Positions 32,808 to 45,285 of a stretch of DNA of 48,431 nucleotides are shown here, piece after piece. Source of the DNA: Actinomycetales bacterium (GTDB taxonomy: Bacteria; Actinomycetota; Actinomycetes; Actinomycetales; CAVURS01); the NCBI GenBank assembly GCA_045807245.1, contig JBJMHS010000054.1, positions 1 to 48,431 on the forward strand. Direction: 5' to 3'. The notes beneath the pieces are model-generated. The model was given only the letters and a program-made list of their open reading frames with translations. It did no database searches and was not told the DNA's origin. The position numbers were made by a program, and so were the translations under genes. Position 1 is the first letter of the stretch. Every line of letters starts with the position of its first letter.

Positions 32808-32845
32808 ACCCCTCGATGAGTCCTTCGGGACCGAGGGGTTTTTTC
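32808..32845 (+). terminator. Attenuator terminator of ilvBNC
   Basis: ACCCCTCG...CGAGGGGT stem with inner GTCC-TTCG-GGAC hairpin, followed by a T run. Confidence 0.9.
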
Positions 32846-32941
32846 ATCCCCGGATGAACGGCACAGTCACCACCAGCAGGTCGCGAGGAGCAAGGCTCAC
32901 CAGGGCACCAGCAGGACCGGACCAGACAGGCGGTAACGATC

Positions 32942-34813
32942 GTGAGCGGTGGCAGGCCGGGCTCAGGCCCAGGCAGTGGTGGCCCCAGTCCCGCCGACCT
33001 GGCGGGCGCCCGTCGCGCGCCACGCCAGGGCGACACCGGCAGCCCGCCGCCGGCGGCACCGGCCGGCGAGCCGATGACCGGCGCCCAGAGCCTCGTCCGG
33101 TCGCTCGAGGCGGCCCACGCCGAAGTCGTCTTCGGCATCCCGGGCGGCGCGATCCTGCCCGCCTACGACCCGCTGCTGGACTCCAAGGCGGTCCGGCACA
33201 TCCTGGTCCGGCACGAGCAGGGGGCCGGCCATGCGGCCCAGGGCTATGCGGTCGCGACCGGCAAGGTCGGCGTGTGCATGGCGACATCCGGGCCCGGTGC
33301 CACGAACCTGGTGACCCCGATTGCGGACGCGTACATGGACTCCGTCGCGATGGTCGCCATCACGGGACAGGTCGCATCCGCCGCCATCGGCACGGACGCG
33401 TTCCAGGAGGCCGACATCCGCGGCATCACGATGCCGATCACGAAGCACAACTACCTGGTCACCAACGCGGACGAGATCCCGCGTGCGATCGCCGAGGCCT
33501 TTCACATCGCCAGCACCGGACGGCCCGGTCCCGTGCTGGTCGACATCAGCAAGGACGCCCTGCAGAACCAGACGACGTTCCGCTGGCCGACGCGGATCGA
33601 CCTGCCCGGCTACCGCCCGGTGAGCCGCCCGCACGGCAAGCAGATCCGCGAGGCCGCTCGGCTGCTCACCCAGTCCCGCCAGCCGGTGCTGTACGTCGGC
33701 GGCGGAGTTCTCAAGGCCCGGGCCACGGCCGAGCTGCGCCGGCTGGTCGACCTCAGCGGGGCGCCCGTGGTCACGACCCTGATGGCCCGGGGCGCGATCC
33801 CGGACTCGCACCCGAGCCACCTCGGCATGCCGGGCATGCACGGGACCGTCGCAGCGGTGACGGCACTGCAGCAGGCCGACCTGATCGTCAGCCTGGGCGC
33901 GAGGTTCGACGACCGCGTGACCGGCAAGCTGTCCACGTTCGCCCCGCACGCGACGATCGTGCACGCCGACATCGACCCGGCCGAGATCTCCAAGAACCGG
34001 GTCGCCGACGTCCCGATCGTGGGCGACGCCAAGGACGTGCTGGCCGAGCTGGTCGTGGCACTGCAGGAGGAGTACGACGCGGGGCACAGCCCGGACTACG
34101 AGGGCTGGTGGGCGCAGCTGCACTCGTGGCTCGAGACCTACCCGCTCGGCTACACCGAGCCGCCCGACGGTTCGCTGGCACCGCAGTACGTCATCTCGCG
34201 GCTGGGCGCGATCGCCGGCCCGGAGGCCCTGTACGTCGCGGGGGTGGGCCAGCACCAGATGTGGGCCGCCCAGTTCATCCGGTACGAACACCCCAACACC
34301 TGGCTCAACTCGGGCGGCCTCGGCACGATGGGCTACGCCGTGCCCGCGGCCATGGGCGCGCAGGTCGGCAAGCCGGACTCGGTCGTGTGGGCGGTCGACG
34401 GGGACGGCTGCTTCCAGATGACCAACCAGGAGCTGGCCACCTGCGTCATCAACGACATCCCGATCAAGGTGGCGATCATCAACAACTCCAGCCTGGGCAT
34501 GGTCCGGCAGTGGCAGACGCTGTTCTACGGCGGGCGCTACAGCAACACCGACCTGCACACCGGTGCGGCTCGCCGCGTCCCGGACTTCGTCAAGCTGGCC
34601 GATGCCTACGGCTGCGTCGGCCTGCGCTGCGAGCGGCCGGAGGACGTCGACGCGACCATCGGCAAGGCGATGGAGATCAACGACGTCCCCGTGGTCGTCG
34701 ACTTCGTCGTCCATCCCGACGCGATGGTCTGGCCGATGGTTCCGGCCGGTGTGAGCAACGACCAGATACAGGTCGCCCGCGACACCAGCCCGATCTGGGA
34801 CCGGGAGGACTGA
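32942..34813 (+). CDS. ilvB: Acetolactate synthase large subunit
   Basis: [49 protein letters not shown]. Start 32942; 33074 is an alternative. Confidence 0.97.
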   Translation: MSGGRPGSGPGSGGPSPADLAGARRAPRQGDTGSPPPAAPAGEPMTGAQSLVRSLEAAHAEVVFGIPGGAILPAYDPLLDSKAVRHILVRHEQGAGHAAQGYAVATGKVGVCMATSGPGATNLVTPIADAYMDSVAMVAITGQVASAAIGTDAFQEADIRGITMPITKHNYLVTNADEIPRAIAEAFHIASTGRPGPVLVDISKDALQNQTTFRWPTRIDLPGYRPVSRPHGKQIREAARLLTQSRQPVLYVGGGVLKARATAELRRLVDLSGAPVVTTLMARGAIPDSHPSHLGMPGMHGTVAAVTALQQADLIVSLGARFDDRVTGKLSTFAPHATIVHADIDPAEISKNRVADVPIVGDAKDVLAELVVALQEEYDAGHSPDYEGWWAQLHSWLETYPLGYTEPPDGSLAPQYVISRLGAIAGPEALYVAGVGQHQMWAAQFIRYEHPNTWLNSGGLGTMGYAVPAAMGAQVGKPDSVVWAVDGDGCFQMTNQELATCVINDIPIKVAIINNSSLGMVRQWQTLFYGGRYSNTDLHTGAARRVPDFVKLADAYGCVGLRCERPEDVDATIGKAMEINDVPVVVDFVVHPDAMVWPMVPAGVSNDQIQVARDTSPIWDRED

Positions 34814-35325
34814 TGGCCAAGCACACGCTCTCCGTCCTGGTCGAGAACAAGCCCGGTGTCCTGGCCCGCATCGCCGGCCTGTTCTCCCGCCGCGGCTACA
34901 ACATCGACTCCCTCGCCGTGGGCCCCACCGAGCATCCCGAGATCTCCCGGATGACCGTCGTGGTCGACCTCGAGGACTCCCCGCTGGAGCAGGTCACCAA
35001 GCAGCTCAACAAGCTGATCGAGGTCCTCAAGGTCGTCGAGCTCGACGGTACGGCCTCGGTCCAGCGCGAGCTGTTGCTCGTCAAGGTGCGGGCCGACCTG
35101 TCCAACCGTTCGCACGTCCTGGAGACCGTGCAGCTGTTCCGGGCCAAGGTCGTGGACGTCTCAGCGGACGCCGTCGTCATCGAGGCCACCGGCAACTCGG
35201 ACAAGCTCGACGCCCTGTTGCGGGTGCTCGAGCCGTTCGGCATCAAGGAGCTCGTGCAGTCCGGGATGGTCGCGGTCGGTCGCGGCCAGCGGTCGATCAC
35301 CGACCGCGCGCTACGGTCTGCCTGA
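34813..35325 (+). CDS. ilvN: Acetolactate synthase small subunit
   Basis: HTLSVLVENKPGVLARIAGLFSRRGYNIDSL, KQLNKLIEV; TGATG overlap. Confidence 0.97.
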   Translation: MAKHTLSVLVENKPGVLARIAGLFSRRGYNIDSLAVGPTEHPEISRMTVVVDLEDSPLEQVTKQLNKLIEVLKVVELDGTASVQRELLLVKVRADLSNRSHVLETVQLFRAKVVDVSADAVVIEATGNSDKLDALLRVLEPFGIKELVQSGMVAVGRGQRSITDRALRSA

Positions 35326-35332
35326 CGCCTGA

Positions 35333-37158
<1,826 letters not shown>

Positions 37159-37283
37159 GGGCGCTGTCGAGGGGCGGGGCGGCTGCGGCAGCGGAGCTCC
37201 AGCACAACGGGATGGTCGTCAGCGGACGGCAGGTGGAACGTACGTACGTCGCGGGCGGGTTACGCCGGGGCCAGCGTAGACCC

Positions 37284-37333
37284 GACCACATACTGGTCCT
37301 CGTGAACCCCTTCACAATGGCCGTGCCTAGACT
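37284..37333 (+). promoter_or_regulatory. serA promoter with 15-bp palindrome
   Basis: GACCA-CATAC-TGGTC at 37284-37298; TAGACT -10 at 37328-37333. Confidence 0.5.
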
Positions 37334-37369
37334 TTCGGCGCCGTTCCACTCTGCCCCCGAGGACCGCAC

Positions 37370-38962
37370 GTGTCGAAGCCCGTTGTCCTGATTGCCGAAG
37401 AGCTCTCGCCCGCGACGATCGAGGCGCTGGGGCCTGACTTCGAGATCCGGCACTGCGACGGTGCGAACCGGAGCGACCTCCTGGCCGCCGTCACGGACGT
37501 TGATGCCCTGCTCGTCCGGTCCGCGACCCGCGTCGACGCTGAGGCGCTCGCCGTGGCGCGCAAGCTCAAGGTCGTCGCGCGCGCCGGAGTGGGTCTGGAC
37601 AACGTCGACGTGGGCGCCGCCACCCAGGCCGGCGTCATGGTCGTCAACGCGCCGACGTCGAACATCGTCTCCGCGGCCGAGCTCGCCATCGGCCTGCTGC
37701 TGGCCTCCGCCCGCAACATCCCGGCCGCGGACAGCTCGCTCAAGGACGGGCGCTGGGAGCGCAGCCGCTACACCGGCGTCGAGCTGTACGAGAAGGTTGT
37801 CGGCATCGTCGGACTTGGCCGGATCGGAGTCCTTGTCGCGCAACGCCTTTCGGCGTTCGGCATGGAGGTCGTCGCCTTCGACCCGTACGTCTCCCGGGCC
37901 CGCGCCGCACAGATGGGCGTTCGTCTGGTCGGGCTGGAGGAGCTGCTCGCCGTGAGCGACTTCATCTCCGTCCACCTGCCCAAGACGCCGGAGACCGTCG
38001 GGCTGATCGGCGAGCAGGCCCTGCGGCTCGTCAAGCCGACGGTGCGCGTGATCAACGCCGCGCGGGGCGGCATCGTCGACGAGCACGCGCTGGCCGTCGC
38101 GCTCAAGGAGGGCCGAGTGGCGGGAGCGGGCATCGACGTCTTCGCCACCGAGCCCACGACCGAGTCGCCGCTCTTCGACTTCAAGTCGGTCGTCGTGACG
38201 CCGCACCTCGGTGCCTCGACGGACGAGGCGCAGGAGAAGGCAGGGATCGCCGTTGCGCGCTCGGTCCGGCTGGCCCTCGCCGGCGAGCTGGTGCCCGACG
38301 CGGTCAACGTCTCGGGTGGGGTGATCGACGAAGAGGTGCGCCCCGGCATACCGCTCGCTGAGAAGCTCGGGCGCATCTTCACCGCGCTCGCCGGCACTCT
38401 GCCGACGGCGCTGGACGTCGAGGTGCGCGGCGAGATCACCCAGAAGGACGTCGGCGTCCTCGAGCTGGCCGCGCTCAAGGGGGTGTTCCGCGACGTGGTC
38501 GAGGACGCCGTGTCATACGTCAACGCACCCGTCCTGGCCGCCGACCGCGGCGTCGACGTCCGGCTCGTCACCGACCCGGTCAGCGAGGACTTCCGCAACG
38601 TGATCGCGCTGCGGGGTGCGCTCGCCGACGGCACCGAGGTGAGCGTCGCCGGCACCCTGACCGGGCCCAAGCAGATCGAGAAGATCGTCGGCGTCCACGG
38701 CGTCGACATCGAGGTGACCGTGTCGGCTCACATGGCGTTCTTCCGGTACGCCGACCGGCCGGGCGTCGTGGGCGTCCTCGGCCGGATCCTCGGCGACGCC
38801 GGGATCAACATCGCCGGCATGCAGGTGGGACGCGACCAGCGCGGGGGAGCGGCCGTCGTCGCCCTCACCGTGGACTCGGCGATCCCGGCCGGCGTCCTGG
38901 CCGAGATCGCGGAGGAGATCGGCGCCGAGACCGCGCGGGTGGTCGACCTCTCCGGAGACTGA
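37370..38962 (+). CDS. serA: D-3-phosphoglycerate dehydrogenase
   Basis: RAGVGLDNVD, SAAE, GLGRIG, NAARGG, TPHLGASTDEAQ, C-terminal ACT domain (DRPGVVG, INIAGMQV). Confidence 0.98.
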   Translation: MSKPVVLIAEELSPATIEALGPDFEIRHCDGANRSDLLAAVTDVDALLVRSATRVDAEALAVARKLKVVARAGVGLDNVDVGAATQAGVMVVNAPTSNIVSAAELAIGLLLASARNIPAADSSLKDGRWERSRYTGVELYEKVVGIVGLGRIGVLVAQRLSAFGMEVVAFDPYVSRARAAQMGVRLVGLEELLAVSDFISVHLPKTPETVGLIGEQALRLVKPTVRVINAARGGIVDEHALAVALKEGRVAGAGIDVFATEPTTESPLFDFKSVVVTPHLGASTDEAQEKAGIAVARSVRLALAGELVPDAVNVSGGVIDEEVRPGIPLAEKLGRIFTALAGTLPTALDVEVRGEITQKDVGVLELAALKGVFRDVVEDAVSYVNAPVLAADRGVDVRLVTDPVSEDFRNVIALRGALADGTEVSVAGTLTGPKQIEKIVGVHGVDIEVTVSAHMAFFRYADRPGVVGVLGRILGDAGINIAGMQVGRDQRGGAAVVALTVDSAIPAGVLAEIAEEIGAETARVVDLSGD

Positions 38963-39005
38963 CGCTCGAAGGGCATCTCGGATCCCGAGACCGACGGGCA
39001 AACTA

Positions 39006-39035
39006 CTTGGACTTCCAAGCATCTCGGCGTACCGT
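39006..39035 (+). promoter_or_regulatory. Sigma70-like promoter overlapped by a palindrome
   Basis: TTGGAC (39007-12), 17-nt spacer, TACCGT (39030-35); CTTGGA-CT-TCCAAG palindrome at 39006-39019. Confidence 0.45.
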
Positions 39036-39211
39036 CGTCGGAGTCCGATCCACCGGTGCCTACCTGCGCCGGGTCGAGCGGACGAGTGGCCTGATCCGGG
39101 CCCGGCACTGACGCGGTGATCCTGCGGCGGAACCTTTCTGGAACGGCGTACCTGACGAGCATCGCGCTCGGGAGCTACGGCCGATCGAGTCACAACCACC
39201 GAGGACACGTC

Positions 39212-39292
39212 ATGACCGAGGCACAAGAGCTGGCCCGCCGGGCGCTGCAAGAGTCGATGGACCTGCGCGACCAGGGTCACAGCGACGACTGA
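39212..39292 (+). CDS. Putative 26-aa small protein MTEAQELARRALQESMDLRDQGHSDD
   Basis: GAGGA RBS 6 nt before ATG; followed by a hairpin and a terminator; below the ORF-track cutoff. Confidence 0.5.
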   Translation: MTEAQELARRALQESMDLRDQGHSDD

Positions 39293-39324
39293 CGACGCGG
39301 CTCGCGGCTGCGAGCCATCAGCAC

Positions 39325-39365
39325 GCGAAGAGGGCTGGGCCGTTCGGCTCGGGCCCTTTTTCGCT
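39325..39365 (+). terminator. Intrinsic terminator (possibly bidirectional)
   Basis: GCGAAGAGGGC-TGGGCCG-TTC-GGCTCGG-GCCCTTTTTTCGC. Confidence 0.8.
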
Positions 39366-39462
39366 GCATGCTCCGCAGGGGCCGATCGGATGGTTACGAT
39401 GACCCCCTGTTGTCGGCGTTTGGCCGAACGTGTCCACCCGTGAAGAAAGTCGGGGGCGGACT

Positions 39463-39490
39463 TAAGTTCTGGCACCCGAATGGCCGATGG
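39463..39490 (+). promoter_or_regulatory. Sigma28/FliA/WhiG-like promoter
   Basis: TAAG, 16-nt spacer, GCCGATGG, upstream of the S8 protease. Confidence 0.5.
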
Positions 39491-39567
39491 GAGTCACGGG
39501 GGGCGTGTCGTTGCCGGGGCCCGGCGCGAGGCGCGACGTGGAGACCGATGGGGCGGTGAGGGGTTAC

Positions 39568-42500
39568 GTGACGGTGAGGCGTCGCTCTGCCCGCTGGGCG
39601 AGTGCAGTCGCCGTCGCCGGAGCCGCCGTCATGGCGTGTTCCGGCCTCGCCGTCGCGGGCTCCGCGCACATTTCCGGTGTCACCCTGCCCTCCCGGGTCG
39701 GGGCCGCCCGGACCGGACCGGCCGCCTCCACCGCCGCGGCGGCCAGGGCCACCCTCGGTGTCGACCCCTCGCTGCGCCGGCGCAAGGGCCCGGTCACGGT
39801 GATGGTCGAGCTGGACCAGCTGCCGGCCGCCACGGCGTACGCGAGGGCCAAGCACAAGGGGCACGCGGACGCCGTCCGTGCGTTCCGTTCGCAGGCCCAG
39901 ACGGTGTTGAGCCAGCAGCGCCGGGTGCAGCGTGCCCTGAGCCGGTCGGCGACCCGAGGCCGACTCCTGTTCGGCACCCATGCGCTCTACGCCGGGGTCG
40001 CCGTCACGACCGACGCCTCGCGCCTGGCCGCGCTGGCGAACCTGCCGGGCGTCAAGGCGATCCACCCGCTCAGCCCCAAGCGGGTCAGCGGCGCACCGAC
40101 CTTCGACGACCTGAGCAAAGTGGGTGCGCCGGAGGTGTGGCAGGCCACCGGCAACGTCGGCGACGGCGTCCGGATCGGCGTGATCGACACGGGCATCGAC
40201 TACACCCACGCCGACTTCGGCGGCCCGGGCACCGCGCAGGCCTACACCGACGCTCTGGCCGACGACACCGGCCCGCCGAGCTACCCGGACCCGGCCAAGG
40301 TGTCGGGCGGCTACGACTTCGCCGGTGACGCGTACGACGCCACCGCCGGCTCAGGGGACGAGACGCCGGTGCCGGATGACAACCCCTTGGACTGCAACGG
40401 CCACGGCAGCCACGTCTCCGGGACGGCGGCCGGCCTCGGCGTCGACCACGACGGCGACACGTTCGCCGGACCGTACGACCAGAGCTTCAACGGCGACACG
40501 TTCCGGATCCGCCCGGGTGTGGCGCCGGGGGCGACCATCGTGCCGCTCAAGGTGTTCGGCTGCGGCAGCAGCTCGACGACCGACCTGGTGGTCCAGGCTC
40601 TCGACTGGGCGGCCGACCCGAACCAGGACGGCGACCCGGCCGACCATCTGGACGTGGTGAACCTCTCGCTGGGCGCAGCCTTCACCTCTCCCCAGGACCC
40701 GGACGCGGTCGCGGCCGACCGGGCCGTCGACGTCGGGATGGTCGTCGTCGCGGCGGCCGGCAACGACAGCGACGTGTACGACGCAGGCGGCTCGCCAGGC
40801 AATGCTCCATCCGCCATCGCAGTGGCCGCGGCCGACCCGAGCGGCGTCATCCCGTCGTTCTCCTCGCGCGGCGTGCGCGGGCTCGACGACGTCAAGCCGG
40901 ACATCACCGCGCCCGGCACCGGTATCACGTCCGTGGCCTTCGGCACGGGCAACGTGGGCATCGGCGAGGACGGCACCTCGATGGCGACCCCGCACGTCGC
41001 GGGAGCGGCCGCGCTGGTGAAGGCCAGGTACCCGGGCTGGCCGGCCCAGAGGATCAAGGCCGCGCTGATGGACACGGCGGCCTCCGGCGTGCAGGTCGAG
41101 ACCAACGCGGTCCTCGCGACGGCACCCCCGATGCGGGCCGGCACCGGGCTGGTGCAGGCCGACCAAGCGATCTCCACCTCCGTGCTGGCCTACTCGGCCG
41201 ACGACCCGGACGCCATCTCGCTGTCGTTCGGGCCGATCGCGGTCGCGCAGACGACGCCCCTCACCGTGACCAAGAACCTGCACATCCTGAGCATGCGCAG
41301 CACCACGACGAGCTACAGCACCGCCTTCGTCGCGGCGTCCATGCCGGCCGGAGTCACCGTCTCGCTGCCCGGCCGGGTCATCGTCGTACCGGCCAACCAG
41401 GCAGTCGACCTGCCGGTCACGCTGACGGTCGACCCGGCCAAGCTCAAGCTGACCCCGGACCCGAGCAAGACGATGGCCGACGCGAGCGACTGGAACACCT
41501 GGATCGCCGAGGCGAGCGGCTGGGTCGTCCTGTCTCCCCGCGACGGCCGCGGTCCCGACCTGCGGGTCTCGCTGTACGCCGCGCCGCGCCGGGCCTCGAT
41601 CATGGCGGCGGCGACCAGCGCGAAGGTGACCACATCGAGCATCGGTACGGGCACGTTGGCGTTGTCCGGCACCGGGTTCGGCAGCGGGGTCAACACCCCG
41701 CCCGGGTCCTACGGCAGCCTGCTGAGCACCGCCCAGCTGCAGGCCAACAGCGGGCGGATGCCGGCGTGTTCGCCGTCCGTCCTCACCGGCTGCCTGCCCT
41801 ACAACGACGCGAAGGCGGCCGACATCCACTTCGTCGGGACCTCCTCCGACGTGCCGTACTGCAACCACGGCGGGCAGGCGATCGACATCTGCCTCGGCTC
41901 GGGCGCGCAGCCCCAGGACGCCCTGGTGGAGGTCGCACTGTCGACCTGGGGCGCGTGGCGCTCACCGGTCGGCTACGCGCAGTTCTACGTCTGGTGGGAC
42001 ATCGACGGCGACGGCGTCGCGGACGCGGTCACCAGCAACGCCCGGCTCTCGGTGCCTTGCGAGAACGACCCGGGTCATCTGTGCATGAGCGACCAGCTCG
42101 TCGCCCAGACCTTCCTGCCGTGTCACAAGATCCCCAGCACCTGCGCGCTCTACACCCCCGACCACGCCTGGCAGAACAACGCCCAAGGGCACTACTGGGC
42201 GGACAACCAGGCCGACCGTCAGCCGCTCAACGCGATCGGCGGCAGCCTGGACACCTCGCCGTACGACTCCGACGCGATGGTCCTGCCGGTGTCCCTCAAC
42301 AGTCTCGAACGGGCGGGCTGGGACATCGACGCGCCGACCAAGCGGGTGTCCTACTGGGTCACCTCGGCAACCGTGGACACGGCCGGCGCGGACTTCGACA
42401 GCGTCGCCTCGTCCACGGCGCCGCTCACCCTCACCGTCGACAACCCGGCGCTGTCCGCGGTCGGCGACCTCGGGCTGCCCTATCTCAACAGCGACAAGGC

Positions 42501-42912
42501 CGGCAGCGCGTACACGTTGAAGATCCGGCAGAACACGGCGGCGTTGCTCTACGACCTCCCCGCCGGCACACCGAACCTGCTGCTGATCCACCATGACAAC
42601 CTCACCGGGTCGCGCGCGCAGATCGTCCCGGTCAAACGGCTCACGACCGCGACGCTGACCCTCTCCGCGACGTCCATCTCCGCGTCGACACACGTGAAGG
42701 CCACGGTGACCATCTCCCCGTCGGCGGTCACGGGCATCGTCAGCTGCAAGGACGGGTCGACGGTGGTTGCGACCGCGACGGCCTCCGCGGGGAAGGCCAC
42801 GTGCACGCTTCCCTTGCTGAGCAAGGGATCGCACACGATCACTGCGGTGTACGCCGGCAACCTGATCTACGCGCCGGACACGACGAACGCCGTCACGCTC
42901 AACGTCTCGTAG
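39568..42912 (+). CDS. Secreted S8 (subtilisin-like) serine peptidase with C-terminal Ig-like domain
   Basis: Catalytic triad VIDTGID / HGSHVSGTAAG / GTSMATPHVAG; KPDITAPG; C-terminal LSKGSHTITAVYAG; GTG 39568 after GAGGGG. Confidence 0.92.
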   Translation: MTVRRRSARWASAVAVAGAAVMACSGLAVAGSAHISGVTLPSRVGAARTGPAASTAAAARATLGVDPSLRRRKGPVTVMVELDQLPAATAYARAKHKGHADAVRAFRSQAQTVLSQQRRVQRALSRSATRGRLLFGTHALYAGVAVTTDASRLAALANLPGVKAIHPLSPKRVSGAPTFDDLSKVGAPEVWQATGNVGDGVRIGVIDTGIDYTHADFGGPGTAQAYTDALADDTGPPSYPDPAKVSGGYDFAGDAYDATAGSGDETPVPDDNPLDCNGHGSHVSGTAAGLGVDHDGDTFAGPYDQSFNGDTFRIRPGVAPGATIVPLKVFGCGSSSTTDLVVQALDWAADPNQDGDPADHLDVVNLSLGAAFTSPQDPDAVAADRAVDVGMVVVAAAGNDSDVYDAGGSPGNAPSAIAVAAADPSGVIPSFSSRGVRGLDDVKPDITAPGTGITSVAFGTGNVGIGEDGTSMATPHVAGAAALVKARYPGWPAQRIKAALMDTAASGVQVETNAVLATAPPMRAGTGLVQADQAISTSVLAYSADDPDAISLSFGPIAVAQTTPLTVTKNLHILSMRSTTTSYSTAFVAASMPAGVTVSLPGRVIVVPANQAVDLPVTLTVDPAKLKLTPDPSKTMADASDWNTWIAEASGWVVLSPRDGRGPDLRVSLYAAPRRASIMAAATSAKVTTSSIGTGTLALSGTGFGSGVNTPPGSYGSLLSTAQLQANSGRMPACSPSVLTGCLPYNDAKAADIHFVGTSSDVPYCNHGGQAIDICLGSGAQPQDALVEVALSTWGAWRSPVGYAQFYVWWDIDGDGVADAVTSNARLSVPCENDPGHLCMSDQLVAQTFLPCHKIPSTCALYTPDHAWQNNAQGHYWADNQADRQPLNAIGGSLDTSPYDSDAMVLPVSLNSLERAGWDIDAPTKRVSYWVTSATVDTAGADFDSVASSTAPLTLTVDNPALSAVGDLGLPYLNSDKAGSAYTLKIRQNTAALLYDLPAGTPNLLLIHHDNLTGSRAQIVPVKRLTTATLTLSATSISASTHVKATVTISPSAVTGIVSCKDGSTVVATATASAGKATCTLPLLSKGSHTITAVYAGNLIYAPDTTNAVTLNVS

Positions 42913-42970
42913 GTGTCCGCCTCCCGAGACAGCGGGTCCGTCATGCGGGCAGTCGGCGTAGCCTGCCCGG

Positions 42971-44035
42971 ATGAGCGAGCCCATCCGACTGGCCGTGATC
43001 CCCGGTGACGGGATCGGTCCGGAGGTCGTCGAGCAAGGGCTCAAGGTCCTGTCCGCCGCGTTGAGCGGCGAGAACGTGACGGTCGACACGACGTCGTACG
43101 ACCTGGGCGCCCGGCGCTGGCACGCGACCGGTGAGACGTTGCCGGACTCGGTGCTGGCGGAAGTCCGCGGCCACGACGCGATCCTGCTCGGAGCCGTCGG
43201 CGACCCCAGCGTGCCGAGCGGCGTGCTGGAGCGCGGACTGTTGCTTCGCCTGCGTTTCGAGCTGGACCACTACGTCAACCTGCGCCCGGCCCGCCTCTAC
43301 CCCGGCGTCGCGTCGCCCTTGTCGGCCGCGGCCGTCGGGCGCGGCGATGTGGACTTCGTCGTCGTCCGGGAGGGCACCGAGGGCCCGTACACGGGCAACG
43401 GCGGCGCCCTGCGGGTGGGCACGCCGCACGAGGTCGCGACCGAGGTCTCCGTCAACACGGCATACGGCGTGGAGCGGGTCGTACGTGATGCGTTCGCCCG
43501 CGCCGAGGCGCGGCCGCGGCGCACGCTGACCCTGGTGCACAAGCACAACGTCCTGACCTACGCGGGCCACTTGTGGCGGCGCACGGTCGACTCCGTGGCG
43601 GCCGACTTCCCGGACGTCACGACCGACTACCTGCACGTCGACGCGGCCACCATCGTCATGGTGACCGACCCATCGAGGTTCGACGTGATCGTCACCGACA
43701 ACCTGTTCGGCGACATCCTCACCGACCTGGCCGCAGCCGTCACCGGCGGCATCGGCCTGGCGGCAAGTGGCAACGTCAACCCGGACCGGGTGGCGCCCAG
43801 CATGTTCGAGCCGGTCCACGGCTCCGCTCCCGACATCGCGGGCCAGGGCATCGCCGACCCGACCGCCACGGTGCTGTCCGTCGGGATGCTGCTGGCCCAT
43901 CTCGGCCTGGACGGCCCGGCCGCTCGGGTCGAGAAGGCCGTCGGAGCGGACCTGGCGGCTCGAGCGGCGCGACCCGAGGCGCCGCGGCGCACTGCAGAGA
44001 TCGGCGACGCGCTCGCGTCCGCGGTCTCGGGCTGA
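42971..44035 (+). CDS. leuB: 3-isopropylmalate dehydrogenase
   Basis: [49 protein letters not shown]. Confidence 0.97.
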   Translation: MSEPIRLAVIPGDGIGPEVVEQGLKVLSAALSGENVTVDTTSYDLGARRWHATGETLPDSVLAEVRGHDAILLGAVGDPSVPSGVLERGLLLRLRFELDHYVNLRPARLYPGVASPLSAAAVGRGDVDFVVVREGTEGPYTGNGGALRVGTPHEVATEVSVNTAYGVERVVRDAFARAEARPRRTLTLVHKHNVLTYAGHLWRRTVDSVAADFPDVTTDYLHVDAATIVMVTDPSRFDVIVTDNLFGDILTDLAAAVTGGIGLAASGNVNPDRVAPSMFEPVHGSAPDIAGQGIADPTATVLSVGMLLAHLGLDGPAARVEKAVGADLAARAARPEAPRRTAEIGDALASAVSG

Positions 44036-44047
44036 GGCTGATCTGAG

Positions 44048-44064
44048 GCAGAGCGGGGCTCTGC
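44048..44064. terminator. GC-rich hairpin after leuB
   Basis: GCAGAGC-GGG-GCTCTGC; no U tract. Confidence 0.35.
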
Positions 44065-44163
44065 GACCCAGCCCGGCCGTCTGCGGGAGACCGCGCGCAG
44101 TCCCGGTGTAGCGTCGAAGCCCCGGTGGGCGACCGGCGAGACACCTGCGTACGGAGGCAACCC

Positions 44164-45258
44164 ATGGCCGAGGGCCATCTGACCTTTACCGACCACCGCC
44201 GGGCCGACCCGCTCGGCGACGCCGAGCGCGAGGCGATCCTCGCCAGCCCTGGGTTCGGCAAGTACTTCACCGACAACATGATCCGCGCGATCTGGACGAG
44301 CGACGGAGGCTGGCAGCAGGCCGAACTCACGCCGTACGGGCCGATCGTCCTGGACCCGTCCGCCGCGGTGCTGCACTACGCGCAGGAGATCTTCGAGGGG
44401 CTCAAGGCCTACAAGCGGCACGACGGCACGGTCTGGGCGTTCCGTCCGGATGCCAACGCCGCGCGCTTCCAGCGGTCCGCCACCCGGCTCGCCCTGCCGC
44501 ACCTGCCCGCGGAGGACTTCCTGGAGTCGCTGCGGGTGCTCGTGTCAGCCGACCAGGCGTGGATCCCGCAGGGCGAGGAGGCCAGCCTGTACCTGCGTCC
44601 GTTCATGTTCGCCTCGGAGGCCTTTCTGGGCGTCCGGCCGGCGGCCGAGGTGACCTACCTGCTCATCGCGTCACCGGCCGGCCCGTACTTCCCCGGTGGC
44701 GTGAACCCGGTCTCGATCTGGCTGTCGACCGACTACAACCGCTCCGGCCCGGGAGGGACCGGCGCGGCCAAGTGCGGCGGCAACTACGCGGCCAGCCTCG
44801 CGCCGATGATCGAGGCCAAGGACCACGGCTGCGAGCAGGTCTGCTTCCTCGACGCGACGCAGAGCCGGTACGTCGAGGAGCTCGGCGGGATGAACATCTT
44901 CTTCGTCTTCGCGGACGGCCGGCTGGTCACGCCCGAGCTGACCGGCACGATCCTCGAGGGCGTGACCCGCTCGTCGATCCTGACCCTCGCCAAGGAGCTC
45001 GGGCACGACGTCGAGGAGCGCAAGATCTCGGTCGACGAGTGGCGCTCCGGTGTCGCGGACGGGTCGCTGCGTGAGGTGTTCGCCTGCGGTACGGCGGCCG
45101 TCATCACTCCGGTGGGCCGGTTGAAGTGGGACGGGGGAGAGATCGTGATGGGCGACGGCGGCACGGGCGAGGTGACCGCGCAGATCCGCACGTCCCTGCT
45201 CGACATCCAGCATGGCGACGCCCCGGACCCGCAGGGGTGGATGCACCAGCTCGCCTGA
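44164..45258 (+). CDS. ilvE: Branched-chain amino acid aminotransferase
   Basis: [63 protein letters not shown]. Confidence 0.97.
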   Translation: MAEGHLTFTDHRRADPLGDAEREAILASPGFGKYFTDNMIRAIWTSDGGWQQAELTPYGPIVLDPSAAVLHYAQEIFEGLKAYKRHDGTVWAFRPDANAARFQRSATRLALPHLPAEDFLESLRVLVSADQAWIPQGEEASLYLRPFMFASEAFLGVRPAAEVTYLLIASPAGPYFPGGVNPVSIWLSTDYNRSGPGGTGAAKCGGNYAASLAPMIEAKDHGCEQVCFLDATQSRYVEELGGMNIFFVFADGRLVTPELTGTILEGVTRSSILTLAKELGHDVEERKISVDEWRSGVADGSLREVFACGTAAVITPVGRLKWDGGEIVMGDGGTGEVTAQIRTSLLDIQHGDAPDPQGWMHQLA

Positions 45259-45285
45259 GCTGCGGGTCCGGGAGCGCGCCGCGGG

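Noticed and set aside
38996..39160. c-di-GMP-I (GGGCAAAC), glycine (TCTGGAA) or TPP (CCTGATC) riboswitch
   Set aside because: Only isolated short words match; the other core elements (GCAAAGC, CTCTCAGG, CTGAGA) are absent.
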